Shown in pieces: positions 12,121 to 25,863 of a stretch of 64,000 bases of DNA. The DNA lies in the NCBI GenBank assembly GCA_036785375.1, contig JAWMAR010000021.1:3100001-3164000 (forward strand), in the 5' to 3' direction. Source of the stretch: Leucoraja ocellata (taxonomy: Eukaryota). Within the stretch, counting starts at the first letter, position 1; each line of letters starts with the position of its first letter. The position numbers and the translations under genes were made by a program. A model generated the notes under the pieces. It was not told the DNA's origin and did not search any database. It worked only from the letters and a program-made list of their open reading frames with translations.

Positions 12121-14027
12121 AGAAAAAAGGAAAGAAATTAGAAAAGCTAAAAGAAGATATGAGGTTGCTTTGGCAAGTAAGGTGAAAGTAAATCCTAAGG
12201 GTTTCTACAGCTATATTAATAGCAAAAGGATAACGAAGGATAAAGTTGGTCCATTAGAGAGTCAGAGTGGACAGCTATCTGCAGAGCCAAAAGAGATGGG
12301 GGAGATATTGAACAATTTCTTTTCTTCGGTATTCACCAAGGAGAAGGATATTGAATTATGTGAGGTAAGGGAAACAAGTAGAGTAGCTATGGAAACTATG
12401 AGGATCAAAGAAGAGGAAGTACTGACACTTTTGAGAAATATAAAAGTGGATAAGTCTCCAGGTCCGGACAGGATATTCCCTAGGACATTGAGGGAAGTTA
12501 GTGTAGAAATAGCAGGGGCTATGACAGAAATATTTCAAATGTCATTAGAAATGGGAATAGTGCCGGAGGATTGGCATACTGCGCATGTTGTTTCATTGTT
12601 TAAAAAGGGGTCTAAGAGTAAACCTAGCAATTATAGACCTGTTAGTTTGACGTCAGTGGTGGGCAAATTAATGGAAAGGATACTTAGAGATATATAAGCA
12701 TCTGGTTAAACAGGGTCTGATTAGGAACAGTCAACATGGATTTGTGCCTGGAAGGTCATGTTTGACTAATCTTCTTGAATTTTTTGAAGAGGTTACTCGG
12801 GAAATTGATGAGGGTAAAGCAGTGGATGTTGTATACATGGACTTCAGTAAGGCCTTTGACAAGGTTCCTCACGGAAGGTTGGTTAAGAAGGTTCAATGGT
12901 TGGGGATTAATGGAGGAGTAGCAAGATGGATTCAACAGTGGCTGAATGGGAGATGCCAGAGAGTAATGGTGGATGGTTGTTTGTCAGGTTGGAGGCCAGT
13001 GACTAGTGGGGTGCCACAGGGATCTGTGTTGGGTCCACTGTTGTTTGTCATGTACATCAATGATCTGGATGATGGTGTGGTAAATTGGATTAGTAAGTAT
13101 GCAGATGATACTAAGATAGGTGGGGTTTTGGATAATGAAGTAGATTTTCAAAGTCTACAGAGAGATTTATGCCAGTTGGAAGAGTGGGCTGAAAGATGGC
13201 AGATGGGGTTTAATGCTGATAAGTGTGAGGTGCTACATCTTGGCAGGACAAATCAAAATAGGACGTACATGGTAAATGGTAGGGAATTGAAGAATGCAAG
13301 TGAACAGAGGGATCTGGGAATAACTGCACAGTTCCCTGAAAGTGGAATCTCATGTAGATAGGGTGGTAAAGAAAGCTTTTGGTGTGCTGGCCTTTATAAA
13401 TCAGAGCATTGAGTATAGAAGTTGGGATGTAATGTTAAAATTGTACAAGGCATTGGTGAGGCCAATTTTGGAGTATGGTGTACAATTTTGGTCGCCTAAT
13501 TATAGGAAGGATGTCAACAAAATAGAGAGAGTACAGAGGAGATTTACTAGAATGTTGCCTGGGTTTCAGCAACTAAGTTACAGAGAAAGGTTGAACAAGT
13601 TAGGGCTTTATTCTTTGGAGCGCAGAAGGTTAAGGGGGGACTTGATAGAGGTCTTTAAAATGATGAGAGGGATAGACAGAGTTGACGTGGATAAGCTTTT
13701 CCCACTGAGAGTAGGGAAGATTCAAACAAGGGGACATGACTTGCGAATTAAGGGACAGAAGTTTAGGGGTAACATGAAGGGGAACTTCTTTACTCAGAGA
13801 GTGGTGGCTGTGTGGAATGAGCTTCCAGTGAAGGTGGTGGAGGCAGGTTCGTTTTTATCATTTAAAAATAAATTGGATAGTTATATGGACGGGAAAGGTA
13901 TGGAGGGTTATGGTCTGAACGCAGGTGTATGGGACTAGGGGAGAATACGTGTTCGGCACGGACTAGAAGGGTCGAGATGGCCTGTTTCCGTGCTGTAATT
14001 GTTATATGGTTATATTATATGGTTATA
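12121..14027 (+). mobile_element. CR1 LINE, 5'-truncated (~1.9 kb), relatively young
   Basis: Three long ORF2 pieces (KSPGPD, NYRPVSLTS, GVPQGSVLGP, KYADDTK, LEYGVQFWSP) broken by two frameshifts. Ends in a (ttatatgg)n tail. Confidence 0.96.
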
Positions 14028-17000
14028 TTTATTTCTATTCCCTCCCTCCTTTGTGTTTCTACTGCTTGTCATTAATTGTCCATGCTATTTGCCTCAATTG
14101 TTCTTTGATTAAAGCTGCTAAACTATTTGAGAAATGACCAAAGAGTGAAATTATTTGGCCCCAACAATAAAGTACCATTGAACTGTTAACATTGTTAACT
14201 TGCAAGCAGCTCATTGGAAGCCAAAGGAAGTTGAAGAAAGACTCAGCTTCCTTAGTGCTAGATGGACAATGCTAAGAGGGATGTCAAGGAAATGTATATA
14301 AATTATATAGCATTACTTCCTCCTTATCACAGCCTCAGTTCCATCGGCCTAACCATATTCCCGCACCGTCACTAAGTCAAGCTTTATGCCCCTCCAGCTT
14401 CCTCGTACCCATCAACATACATTTCCAATGCCTCCCTCCTTAATATCTTCAGCTTGTCCTCAAATGTATTTATGCTATTTGCCTCAACTGTTCTTTGACT
14501 AAAGCTGTTAGGTTAGTTCAGAACCGACAAAGTAGTGAAATTATTTGGCACCAACATCCACACCAGTGGATCGTGATTTAGTAAAAGAGGGTTGTAAGCA
14601 CCAGATAAACGTAATAACACGGATCATAAAAAAACCCACAGTGTTTGGGGGCCAAATCCAACCACAACAGAAGCCAACTCAATAACTGAGCGGTTTTCGA
14701 TGGAAATAGTATCTCACATTGAAGTGGCAGAAAGTAACACATAATCTGCAGTATAATCCCCACCAAAACTGTTGTTTTACCTGTTTCTGAAAGGGAGAGG
14801 TGCAGAGAAGCATGAGAATTTGGGCCAAACGTTGGACAGAGTTTGCACATCAACAAAATTTCGGGTTAATTAAAAACCCTTTGTGCATTTTGTGCATGAT
14901 CTCACACGGATGCCAATTGTATTACTCATGTAAAGCTTAAGAAAAGAATATTGTAAAGTCAAACTAAGATTTATGCCATCAAGGAGGCATTTCTGTCAGA
15001 CTGCATAAACTTCATGTTTATCATACAAAAACAATAAATTCACTGGTAACATCATTACTTGTAATTCTTCAGCAGAAAGACAATATACATATAGCTTTAA
15101 ACAAATTGTAATCCAGAGGATTGTACATTTATATCTCCTCTTTTTTCTTTACAATTGCACGTATCTGTGAATTGTGGGGGGGTAAAATAGAGAAAGAAGT
15201 TAGTATAGACAAAGTAGATAAGAGTATAATATCCTAACAACCAGAATTTAACAGGCATTCTAAAAACATGAAGTTATCAGGTTTGGCTAATGATACAAAA
15301 TCAAGCTTTATCACTGCTAGTTTTTATTGGCTTCCATACAGCTGGATGAATTTAGTGCATTTGCAGGGGGAGAAGGATTTACTCGCTGTGGAGCTGCTGC
15401 AATAACAACACAATCTTTGTAGAATTTATAGATTTTGTTTAGAACTCCCTTTTGAAATGTCTTTGATCATTGCCCATGCAGGTCCTGGTTTAATGAGCAC
15501 TTTTAAAAATTTCCAAATATTATTGCTCTTAGTAAATCAAACTCTTCTTTATATTCTATCCCACTCTTATTTATATTCTTTCTCATTCTTCTTTATATTC
15601 TTACTGGTAGAAAATGTTTCCTTATTTAGAATCGTCATGTAGTAAAGATATAAAGTGCTGCATTTTAATGCAGCGTTCCCAATGAGGGAAATGATCCATG
15701 GTATTAACAAAACTTTTTTTTTCTATATCTTACACAGGTGTTTCAAACCCTTTACTGCCACAGGAAAGGTAGACTGCATCACAGAAGGTTGGGGGGGTGA
15801 TGGTTGACTTCCAAAGTTTATTTGGCAGCTTCCATTAGCATTCAACAGGAATAAGGAGTGACTAATTTTCATATGTACCAAAACAGAATAATGAAATGAA
15901 GAACATATACAAAAGCGAGAACCTGCCTAGAATGAGACTTTAGATGATGATACAAATGAAATATAAAACGGCAAGTTTATTTGATGCTACTTTGTGGTAT
16001 TTCAAGAGACTGCCAGTGTGAGGACATTGTAAAACACACTAAAATCCGTGAATATACAATTTTACAGGGTTTTCTTCTGTTGCAATACACATGCATCGTT
16101 TAATTCTAATTCATCAACATATGACAATTGACTGTTGAGCCTTATTTTAAAACAAAACAGCTACATAGCAAGAAGCATGGAGTTTTAAAACCAAGTGGTC
16201 CCAAGGGACAACAATAATGTAAATAATACGCAGTACTGTATTTAACATAGAAAAACATTCAAAATAATTCCACAGGAAAGTTATCAAACAGAAAATTGCT
16301 AGAGTCACAAAATGAGATATAGTAATCAAATGATCAAAAACCTGATTAGGTAGGTTTTAAAGAGTTGGGTTCACAGCATTCAACGGAACAGCAATTAAAT
16401 TTGGGGATGCCAATGAAGAGGCAAGAATTGGATGTTAAGACTAGAGGAGATTACAGAGGAAGGGAGGGGCATGGCCAAAGAGGATGAGAATTAAAACGTT
16501 AAGGAGTTGCTTAACAGGGAGCTGGTGTAAGTCTGAGAGCCAAGTGGTGATAGACACAAAATGCTGGAGTAACTCAGCAGTTCAGGCAGCATCTCCTGAG
16601 AAAAGGGATAGGTGATGTTTTGAGTCGACCCTTCTTCACACTGAGTTAGGGGAGGGGTAAGCTTTTTTTCCAGCCTCCCACAGACCGCCACCAGTGACTT
16701 TGCCGACCCCACCTCCCCGCCTCTTGTCAGCAGCCTGGGTGGGGTGGTGGCTCCAGGCTGCAGGTGGGCGGTGGGGGTCAGCAGAGTCATTAGTGGAGGT
16801 CAGCTGGAGTAAAGAGATGCTAACTGACCTGCTGAGTTACTCCAGCATTTTGTGTCTATCTTTGGTGTAAACCAGCATCTGCAGTTCCTTCCTACACAGC
16901 AAAGTGGTGATGCATTCAGTGTAGTTGAAACAAGTAGTGATGCTCGATGACCTTTGGTTTATTAAGAATAAAGTTGGATTTAAATTAAATTTAGTTATTA

Positions 17001-17282
17001 GGTAGAGATAGGCTGAAGTCAAGTGGATGTCTAAAATAGTTACATTTAAAACCTTACCACATATGCATGAAAAGAGATGTAATGCTGAAAGTGTTTTAAG
17101 TAACGAAGCAGAGCAATGATTAATCAGGATTATTATGCAATAGTGAATCTAAATGCATTTATGTTTTAACTATGTAACTAAACGAAAAATTCAGAATATA
17201 CGGCATTAATTATTTCAATGATGGTAAACTAGTAGATCAAACAGCAGGAATGCACTCTAAAGCATTTTTAAAAACTGGATGG

Positions 17283-17455
17283 AGATACAGGGAACTGCAG
17301 ATGCTGGAATCTTACGCAGTACACAAACTGCTGGAGTAACTCAGCAGGTCCGGCAGCATCTGTGGATGAAAGAAAAGCCCTGACCCAGACGTCACCTATG
17401 CACGTTCTCCAGAGATGCTACCTGACCCGCTGAGTTACTCCAGCACTCTGTGTTC
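17283..17455. repeat. Inverted pair of pLTR/hammerhead units
   Basis: tgctggagtaactcagc...gctgagttactccagca arms. Confidence 0.75.
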
Positions 17456-18469
17456 TAAAAAAAAAAGATTAAGTATACTCCAAGGGCAAAGAAGGTACAT
17501 TGAGATGAGGAATCCCACAGATAAATATTGATCACAGCAAACATGAAATGAATAAAGAGGTACACAATAAATAACAATCATAGAAAAATGTGAATAAGTG
17601 TTATGGAAAAGAAGCTAAGTAAGAGATTGGGATAGGATACTATTTGTCGACAGCAAGGAACTTAAAAGTAAAAAGATACATTTAATGTATTATCAACAGT
17701 TTAGCATTTGAGACTGAAAACAACAAACAATTCCTTATCCCACCATTTTGAGTAGGAACATCTCATATCCATTGTGTTCGAGGGACATTGATCTCATGGA
17801 CCATTGAAGATTTGTGAACAGAGGAAAGAATATGATAGAAGCAGCAATTTTCAAAATAAGCTGTGATATGAAGATTTTTAACAGGTCAAATGGTAAAGGG
17901 AATAAACAAGTTGCTTTGTTTCTGTCAAGCAAGGTAATGCACTGATTCGGAGAGTCGAAGCATGTAATTTTGTATTATCACATGAAGATAAGTTGTACCA
18001 GTTGAACAACTTGAGACAAACCATAAATTGTTGCCTTCTTGACTTGCTATAAAACAAAGTATCTTAAGTAATCTGAATGTGACCTTGATTTACCAACTGT
18101 TTCTGAGTCCAAGAATGGCCGGATGGTTGTTTGGTGTGTAAATAATACAAGTATCAATGGGCATCAAGGGGCAATACTGTTTCACCTTGTTTTATGGCAT
18201 CACGGCGTGGAAAAAGGACAATGTGGGCATATGTAAAGGAACGAGAGAACAAGTTTTAAATTCTGAATGGAAGAGTACTTCTGCAAATTCAATGCTTTCA
18301 AGAAAAGTTAATATTTAATGCTTAAATATTAAGACTTATTTGAAACACAGCTGAACCTAAATCCAGATTTTGATGCTCTGAAAAAGGAGGAACTTCACTC
18401 TTAAGTAGCGACCATGTGAGTAGTACTGCAGCTTTCTCCTTATATATCAATTTAAATATGATTGATTGC

Positions 18470-18780
18470 AAGATACAGCATAGTAACAGGCCCTTCGGCT
18501 CACTGGATCCACGCTGGCCATCAATCATCGGTTCACATTAGTTTAATGTCATCCCACTTTGTCACATACTCTCTACACGCTTGGAACAATTTTAGAGGTC
18601 AATTAGCCTACAACCTCACCCAACTTTGGAATGTGGGAGAGCACAAGGAGGAAACCCACGCGGTCACAGGGAGAACATGGCAAACTCTACACATACAGCA
18701 CAAGGTCACACGGTCAGGATTGAAGCTGGGTATCTGGCGCTGTGAGGTGGCAACTCTACCAGTTACGCCACTATGCCGAC
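18470..18780 (-). mobile_element. HE1-like SINE
   Basis: Reverse complement of the SINE head, core and tail. Confidence 0.75.
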
Positions 18781-19814
18781 CTTAAATGGCTTTAAATTAA
18801 ATTGATTTGGATTTAATGGATTTGGCTATCCTGAGGTCTGAATCGTTTTTAAGAAATATATATTTATAGCCCAGATTTTGTGGCGCTAACTGCAAACAAA
18901 ACCCGTTTCAAAGTTCGAGGAATCTCTGTGGCAAAAAGCTCTTTTCTGACTTCTATCTTTGTTTCTATGTTGCTGTCAGGCATTAGTTTAATGGAGTGTG
19001 TAGCAGCCAGTAGCTGTGATGCGGCCAAGCTGGCCAAGGAGCCAATCACATCAAGAATCCTTGGCCAACACACAAAGGGAAAAGCACAATTTTTAATTAC
19101 TTTATAGATTGTTAAATAAAAACTGGGACGAAGTTTAATTGTTAATTAAATACATCAATCAATGAAATGTTGAAAGTTTATTGCATTTAGAATGCTTTTT
19201 GCCTTTACATTTACTTTATTTTGAAATATTTGGCTGAGCAGGTTACAATTCATAAACAAAGAACTTAAGTAATTATGGTACAGTGTGCCATTAAAAACTC
19301 GCCTGGTCCTTTTATAAAGCATTATATTTTCAGTCGATGTCACAAGGCCAGTTTTTAAACAGCTTAAATTTATGGCAATGCAATGGTGATATTCACAAAT
19401 GATTGCCGTGTTCAGGTCCATTTCAACTCTTCAAATAATGAGGCGGGTTGTGCCCGCATGTAGCTAGACTTGCAAATGTTCAGGCTAAGACTAATGAATG
19501 CTAACATTAGAACATATATAGGATAGTACAGTACAGGAACAAGCCCTTCGACCCACAATATTTAAGCCATACGTGATGCCATTATAATTAATAATCTTAT
19601 TCATTATTAATATGATAATTACCGTAATAATTTCATATTATTAAGATAGTTGTAAATCTTATGAAAGATTTTATATACTGATGTACTAGAAATGATAAAA
19701 AGAATTCAAGTTCAATGCAAACTTGTTATTCCTACCAAAAAGTCAAATTAGTGATTGCCAGATCAAAATTTAGCATTACTAAAATGGACAGATGTAAACA
19801 AATATCTCTGAATT

Positions 19815-20108
19815 TTAGTTTAGTTTAATTTAGAGATGTGGCACAGACACAGGCTCTTCCGCCCACCGAGTTCACAACGACCAGCGATCCACTAACACTA
19901 TCCTCCACACTAGGGACAATTTATGATTCTTACCAATGTCTTACCGATGTCTTTGGAATGTGGAAAGAAACCGGAGCACCCGGGGACAATCTAGGCGGTC
20001 ACGGGGAGAATGTACAAACTCCGTACAGACAGCACCCATAGTCAGGATTGAACCCGGACTCTGGCGCTGTAAGGCAGCAATTCTACCACTGCATCACCGT
20101 GCCACCAC
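19815..20108 (-). mobile_element. HE1-like SINE
   Basis: Full head-to-tail copy with a (ctaaa)n tail. Confidence 0.85.
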
Positions 20109-20171
20109 AAATGTTATAACCATTTTTTAAATAGTGAAAGCATGAATAATAGAGGGCCATTTGTCTCATTC

Positions 20172-21437
20172 ATCAGCTTTACCACCAATTTTCATCCTGC
20201 ACTCAAATTTACTTGAACGGTCTTTGACAACTCCCTCCCCTTTCTTGATCTCACAGACTCAATCACAAGAAATAGACTAGTGACTGACGTCTATTACAAA
20301 CCCGCTGACTCCCACAACTATCTCGACTACACTTCTTCCCACCCTGCTTCCTGCAAAGACTCTACCTACAACCAATTCCTCTGTCTACGCCGTATCTGCG
20401 CCCAAGATGAGGTGTTCCGTACTAGAACATCCGAGATGTCCTCATCCCTTAGGGAACGGGGGTCCCCCTCCCATCATAATTGAGGCCCTCATCGTGTCTC
20501 CTCAGCTCCGCCCTTGCTCCCCCTCCTGGTCGCAACAGAAACAGTCCCCCTGATCCTTACCTTCCACACCATCAGCCGTTACGACACATAATCCTCTGGA
20601 ATTTCCGCCACCTCCAACGGGATACCACCACTAGCCACATTTTCCAATCTCCACCCCTTTCCACCTTCCGCAGAGACCATTCCCTCAGCAACTCCCTGGT
20701 TAACCCATCCCTTTCCACCCAAACCACCCCCTCCCCAGGTACCTTCCAGTGCAACCGCAGAAGTTGCAGCACCTGTCGCTATACCCCCTCTCTCGACTGT
20801 CCAGGGACCCTGACAGTCCTTTCAGGTTAGGCAGAGGTTCACTTGCACCTCCTCCAACCTCATCTACTGTATCCGTTGTTCAAGATGTGGACTCATATGC
20901 ATCGGCGAGACCAAACGCAGACTGGGCAATCGTTTCGCGGAACACCTTCGCTCAGCCCGCGTGAACCAACCTGATCTCCCGGTTGCTGGACACTTTAATT
21001 CTCTTTCCCATTCCTACACAGACCTTTCTGTCCTCGGTCTCCTCCGTTGTCAGTGAGGCTAAACACAAATTGGAGGAACAGCATCTCATATTTTGCTTGG
21101 GCAGCTCACAGCCCAGTGGTATGAATATTGATTTCTCACACTTCAGGTAGCCCCGGCATTCCCTCTCTCTCTATCCCTCCCCCATCCAGCTCGCGCTAGC
21201 TTCTCATTTTCACCCTCCAAACAGTTTACAATGGCCAGTTTCCTTTATCATCCTTACTTTTTGGCATATCTTTCATTCATTGTTTTTTGTATATCTTTCA
21301 TTCACCGTCCTTATCTCTAATTTCCCTTATCCCTAAACAGTCTGAAGAAGAGTCTCGACTCGAAACATCACCCATTCCTTCTCTCCAGAGATGCTGCCGG
21401 TCCCGCTGAGTTACTCCAGCTTTTTGTGTCTATCTTT
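20172..21437 (+). mobile_element. Penelope-like element 3' part (RT thumb, GIY-YIG endonuclease, terminal repeat with hammerhead motif)
   Basis: TDVYYKPADSHNYLDYTSSHPASCK. GIY-YIG region FTCTSSNLIYCIRCSRCGLICIGETKRRLGNRFAEH (~20838-20945). ctgaaga-agagtctcgactc-gaaac at 21342-21369. Confidence 0.9.
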
Positions 21438-21443
21438 TGTCTC

Positions 21444-21930
21444 ATTTATTCCTGGGATGTCAGGACTGTCTTATGAAGAAAGACTGGATAGACTTGGTTT
21501 ATACTCTCTAGAATTTAGGAGATTGAGAGGGGATCTTATAGAAACTTACAAAATTCTTAAGGGGTTGGACAGGCTAGATGCAGGAAGATTGTTCCCGATG
21601 TTGGGGAAGTCCAGGACAAGGGGTCACAGCTTAAGGATAAGGGGGAAATCCTTTAGAACCGAGATGAGGAGAACTTTTTTCACACAGAGAGTGGTGAATC
21701 TCTGGAACTCTCTGCCACAGAGGGTAGTTGAGGCCAGTTCATTGGCTATATTTAAGAGGGAGTTAGATGTGGCCCTTGTGGCCAAGGGGATCAGAGGGTA
21801 TGGAGAGAAGGCAGGTACGGGATACTGAGTTGGATGATCAGCCATGATCATATTGAATGGCGATGCAGGCTCGAAGGGCCGAATGGCCTACTCCTGCACC
21901 TAATTTCTATGTTTCTATGTTTCTATGTTT
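21444..21930 (+). mobile_element. CR1 LINE 3' end
   Basis: IPGMSGLSYEERLDRLGLYSLE...GYGEKAGTGY with a (tttctatg)n tail. Near-identical to the copies at 36149 and 58942. Confidence 0.95.
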
Positions 21931-22538
21931 ATCTTGTTCCACTCATCACCCAGACAAACCTGCACCTTAAATTATTTTTTATTCTCTAATAAATATATTC
22001 AGTTTAGAAGATGGCAACAAGTCAACGTAAGGTCACGTTCATGAACTGAGCAACTTTGGAAGTGTTATATATAGCAATGGATCTAACCGCATGCTTTTAA
22101 GGACTCTTATAGAATTGGGAAATGATATTGTGTCAGGCTACAATATCAGACATTCAACTTTATTTGAGAAAGCCATAGACATTTTTTTGTGGAGCACCAC
22201 ACATTATGTTATACTAAATATAGACTGAATAGTATTCACTGTTCTGCAAAATGTGCTTTTCATTACAAATAAGTGAGACATTTATACTGGGATTGGAACA
22301 GTCACAAGTATTCATGGGAGGTTTTGTTCAACTTTGAAAGCAAACCATAAAAAGTGTTTTGCTGCTATTCTTCTTTAACCCAGCTGTCTATACTTGAATT
22401 TTGTTCTGTAATATGTCAAAGTGAAATCGTCCTGGAATTTGAATTTAAATTAGGTTAATTTACAGCAATTCCTGAAAAATCAGCCAAAACATCTTTCAAA
22501 TAAAATGCGACGTAATTCACTCATATCTCCAGAATTTG

Positions 22539-22840
22539 GCGGTGGCACAGTGGTGCAGCGGTAGAACAGTTGCCTTACAATGCCAGAGACCCGGGTTCGA
22601 TCTTGACTATGGGTGCTGTATGTACGGAGTTTGTACATTCTCCCTGTGACCGTATGGGTTCTTCCGGTTTCTTCCCACATTCCAATGACATGCAGGTCTG
22701 TAGGTTAATTGGCTTCAGTAAATTGTCCTTGGTGTGTTGGATGGAACTATTGCACAGGTGATCATTGGTCGGCATGGATTCAGTGGGCAAAAGGGCATGT
22801 TACCACGCTGTATCTTGAAACTAAGACAAAACTAAATTAA
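22539..22840 (+). mobile_element. HE1-like SINE
   Basis: ggcacagtggtgcagcggtaga...ggttcgatc head, core and tail. Confidence 0.85.
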
Positions 22841-22950
22841 ACTCAATTATGAGATCTGGATTCATCCATAATATTCATGAATAATTCTTACATTACAATG
22901 ATGACTACACTTTAAAATTGGCTTCTAATGCAATTTTGGGATGCCCTGAC

Positions 22951-23126
22951 AAGATCAAGAGTCAAGAGTCAAGAGTCAATTTAATTGTCATTTGGACCCC
23001 TGGAGGTCCAAACGAAATGCCGTTTCTGCAGCCATACAATACACACAAATAGACCCCAGACACAACATAATTACATTTAACATAAACATCCATCACATAG
23101 CTGTGATGGAAGGCCAAAAAAACTTA
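22951..23126 (-). mobile_element. Short Rex/Babar-type 3'-end retroposon
   Basis: atttcgtttgg...aatgacaattaaa end with a (ttgactc)n tail. Second copy at 56822-56990. Confidence 0.6.
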
Positions 23127-23189
23127 GATGAGAGATACACCAGAAATGCATGCACATTTCGTATCTTATTACCAGCCAAACTTATTTTT

Positions 23190-23500
23190 TTAAGTTTAGT
23201 TTAGAGACAGAGCATGGAAACAGGCCCTTTGGTCCTCCGAGTCTGTGCCGACCAGCGATCCTCGTACACTTGCACTGTCCTAGTGTCCCCGTACACTAAC
23301 ACTATCCAACACACTAGGGGCAATTTCCAATTTTACCAAAGCCAAATAGCCGACAAACTTGTTTGTCTTGAGTGTGGGAGGAAACTGGAGCACCCGGAGA
23401 AAACCCATGCAGGTCACGGGGAGAACGTACAAACTCCATCCAGACAAAATCCATAGTCAGGATCGAACCCGGGTCTCTACCGCTGTGCCACCATGTCGCC
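23190..23500 (-). mobile_element. HE1-like SINE
   Basis: Reverse-complement SINE core and tail. Confidence 0.8.
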
Positions 23501-24609
23501 CAAGCCTGAAGCCTTTATGTAAAACCATAAGACAATAGAAGCAGGCCACCAGGACCTTCGCACCTGCCCCACCACTCAATGCTACTGATGTGGCCACTTT
23601 TACTTCGCCAAGATCTTGCCAAACATTTCCGCTCTGCCCAAGGACTGCTGGAGCATGCAGTCAATAAAGATTTTAACTCTCCTTCCAATTCCCATACCAT
23701 CTTTTTTGTCCTTGGTCATATTTGAATCCATCCAATTAGGCTTCCTCACTTTTGTTCGTCAGTGGAGATCACTCTGTCTTCGCTGTTTTTAATGTATTCA
23801 ATCTTTTTGTTTTAACTCTTTTTAATTACCAAATTGCAGATCAGGCAACTTAATACTCCCATCAACTTGAAAGTTCCTGTGGTTTATTTCCCATTAAAAA
23901 AAAAACTAACCGGTTGTGTGTTTTCATTTTGAAATTCCACCATTTATAGTTCATTGGTTTCTATTTGTAAATGGTTCAGTGTCAATCAGGACCTTCCTGT
24001 AGTAAATAACCATTTTATATGCAAGGACTGGTGCTAGATCAAGGCAAGGTCAAGCATGACCTTTCCTAAGTACACGTCATCCAAATCTATGAACCTCACA
24101 CCCCTTTCTGAAGAGCACAAACTGAAAAAGATGTGCCATGGAGTATCAGCTATAATCCTCCAGAAAATAGTTCTGTACTTTCTGAACCTTATGTTATATA
24201 CTTGCACTAGTTCTCATAATTTGAATGATACTTCTATACCATCAATATCTAAAAAATGTTCCAAACAGTTTTCCAAAAATGTAATAGAATACTTTGCAAA
24301 ATATTTTGAGTTCAATTATGTATTTCTGGGTGTGGATTTCCCAGTTGGAAAAGCTCCTGCGTATATACTGGCCTTGTAATAAAAATCCAGTTGGCATTTA
24401 TGATATTATTTCACTACCTGTGTGGGCTTTCCAATGACAATACATTGAAACAAAATCGAAAATACCTATTCCATAAAATGAAAAAAGCTCTAAGTTGGCT
24501 CCATCTGTGTTATAGTTCTTCAACTTCATATTAACTGCTGAGATTATTCCCAACCATCCATTTGTTTGCTTGTTTCTTACCATGAGATTTAAACACAGCA
24601 TCCAAGCAG

Positions 24610-24925
24610 AGTTCAAGATTCAAGAGAGTTTAATGTTATGTGTCTCAGATAGGACACTGCTTTGCTTCAGAATATAGAAGGCATGAATACAGAACAGATC
24701 AGTGTGGCCATATACCATTGTCTAAATATATACACACATGAATAAATAAAACAGATAAGGTGCAAATAAACAGATAATGGACTATTAATGTTCAGAGTAT
24801 TGTTTGAGTTTAGTTCAATAGCTTGATGGCTGTGGGGAAGTAGCTGTTTCTGAACCTGGACATTGCAGTCTTCAGGCTCCTGTACCTTCTACCTGAAGGT
24901 AGCGGAGAGATGAGTGAGTGGCCAA
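24610..24925 (-). mobile_element. Rex1/Babar LINE 3' fragment
   Basis: LPSGRRYRSLKTAMSRFRNSYFPTAIKLLN. Confidence 0.8.
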
Positions 24926-25542
24926 CCGTTGTCAGTATATCAATAAGAATTTGATAGTTGGCAAGAAGAAGAAACTCCTCTTTGAATTGCCACTTTGATG
25001 TTTTATTCTGCCCTGGATACACATTCTTAAACATAAATAAACATACCGCTCAATCACAGGTACTGACCTCCCTACCATCAAAGGGATACATAGGAGGCAC
25101 TGTTTCAAAATGGCAGTCAGCATTCAAAGACCCACTCCTTACCATCAGGTAGATGAAAACCATGACCACCAAGTTCAAGAATAGCTTTTCCCCCAATAAG
25201 CATTAGGCTCTCGAACACTACACAACATGAACCTCAATGAGTATGAACTTTTAGAAACGCTCTTTGGTTGCATTATGGACATCCAATCATATACTAGTAT
25301 TAGTTATTAATTTATTGAATTTAAAAATCTTATCTGTCTGCATTTACGTACCTGCTAAGCTGTGCAGGTAAGAATTTCGTAGAAACAAGGAACGGCAGAT
25401 GCTGGTTTATACCATAGATAGACACAAAGTGCTGGAGTAGTGGGTCAGTCAGCATCTCTGGAAAAAATGGATGGATGACGTTTTGAGTCAGGACCCTTCA
25501 TCAGTCTTTATTTCCAGAGATGCTACCCGACCTGCTGAGTGA

Positions 25543-25863
25543 AGGCCCTGTCCCACTTTCCCCGAGTTACTCACAAACTCTCTCGAGTTTTCCCCTTGAT
25601 TCGAACTCGAGGAATATCGGGGAATGTCCGTAGCGAGTCCGTAGGAGGCCGTAGATATTTCGTAGCGGCTCGTAATGCCAGCCATAGGAACTCGGGGCAT
25701 CAGGTAAGTCGGGACGTTTTTTCAACATGTTGAAAAATGTCCACGAGTTTAAAAAAATAGTCCCGAGTACCTACGAACGACTATTACCGTAATTTTCCGA
25801 GTTTGAATCAAGGGGAAAACTCTGGAGAGTTTGTGAGTAACTCGGGAAAGTGGGATAGGGCCT
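25543..25863. mobile_element. PIF/Harbinger-type MITE (321 bp)
   Basis: ~65-bp TIRs aggccctgtcccactttcccgagttactcacaaactctc.../...gagagtttgtgagtaactcgggaaagtgggatagggcct. 3-bp TSD TGA/TTA, splitting the gagTTActcc motif of a pLTR unit. Confidence 0.88.

Noticed and set aside
12170-13938. Functional reverse transcriptase gene
   Set aside because: 5'-truncated CR1 lacking the endonuclease, with two frameshifts. No autonomous element is intact in this window.
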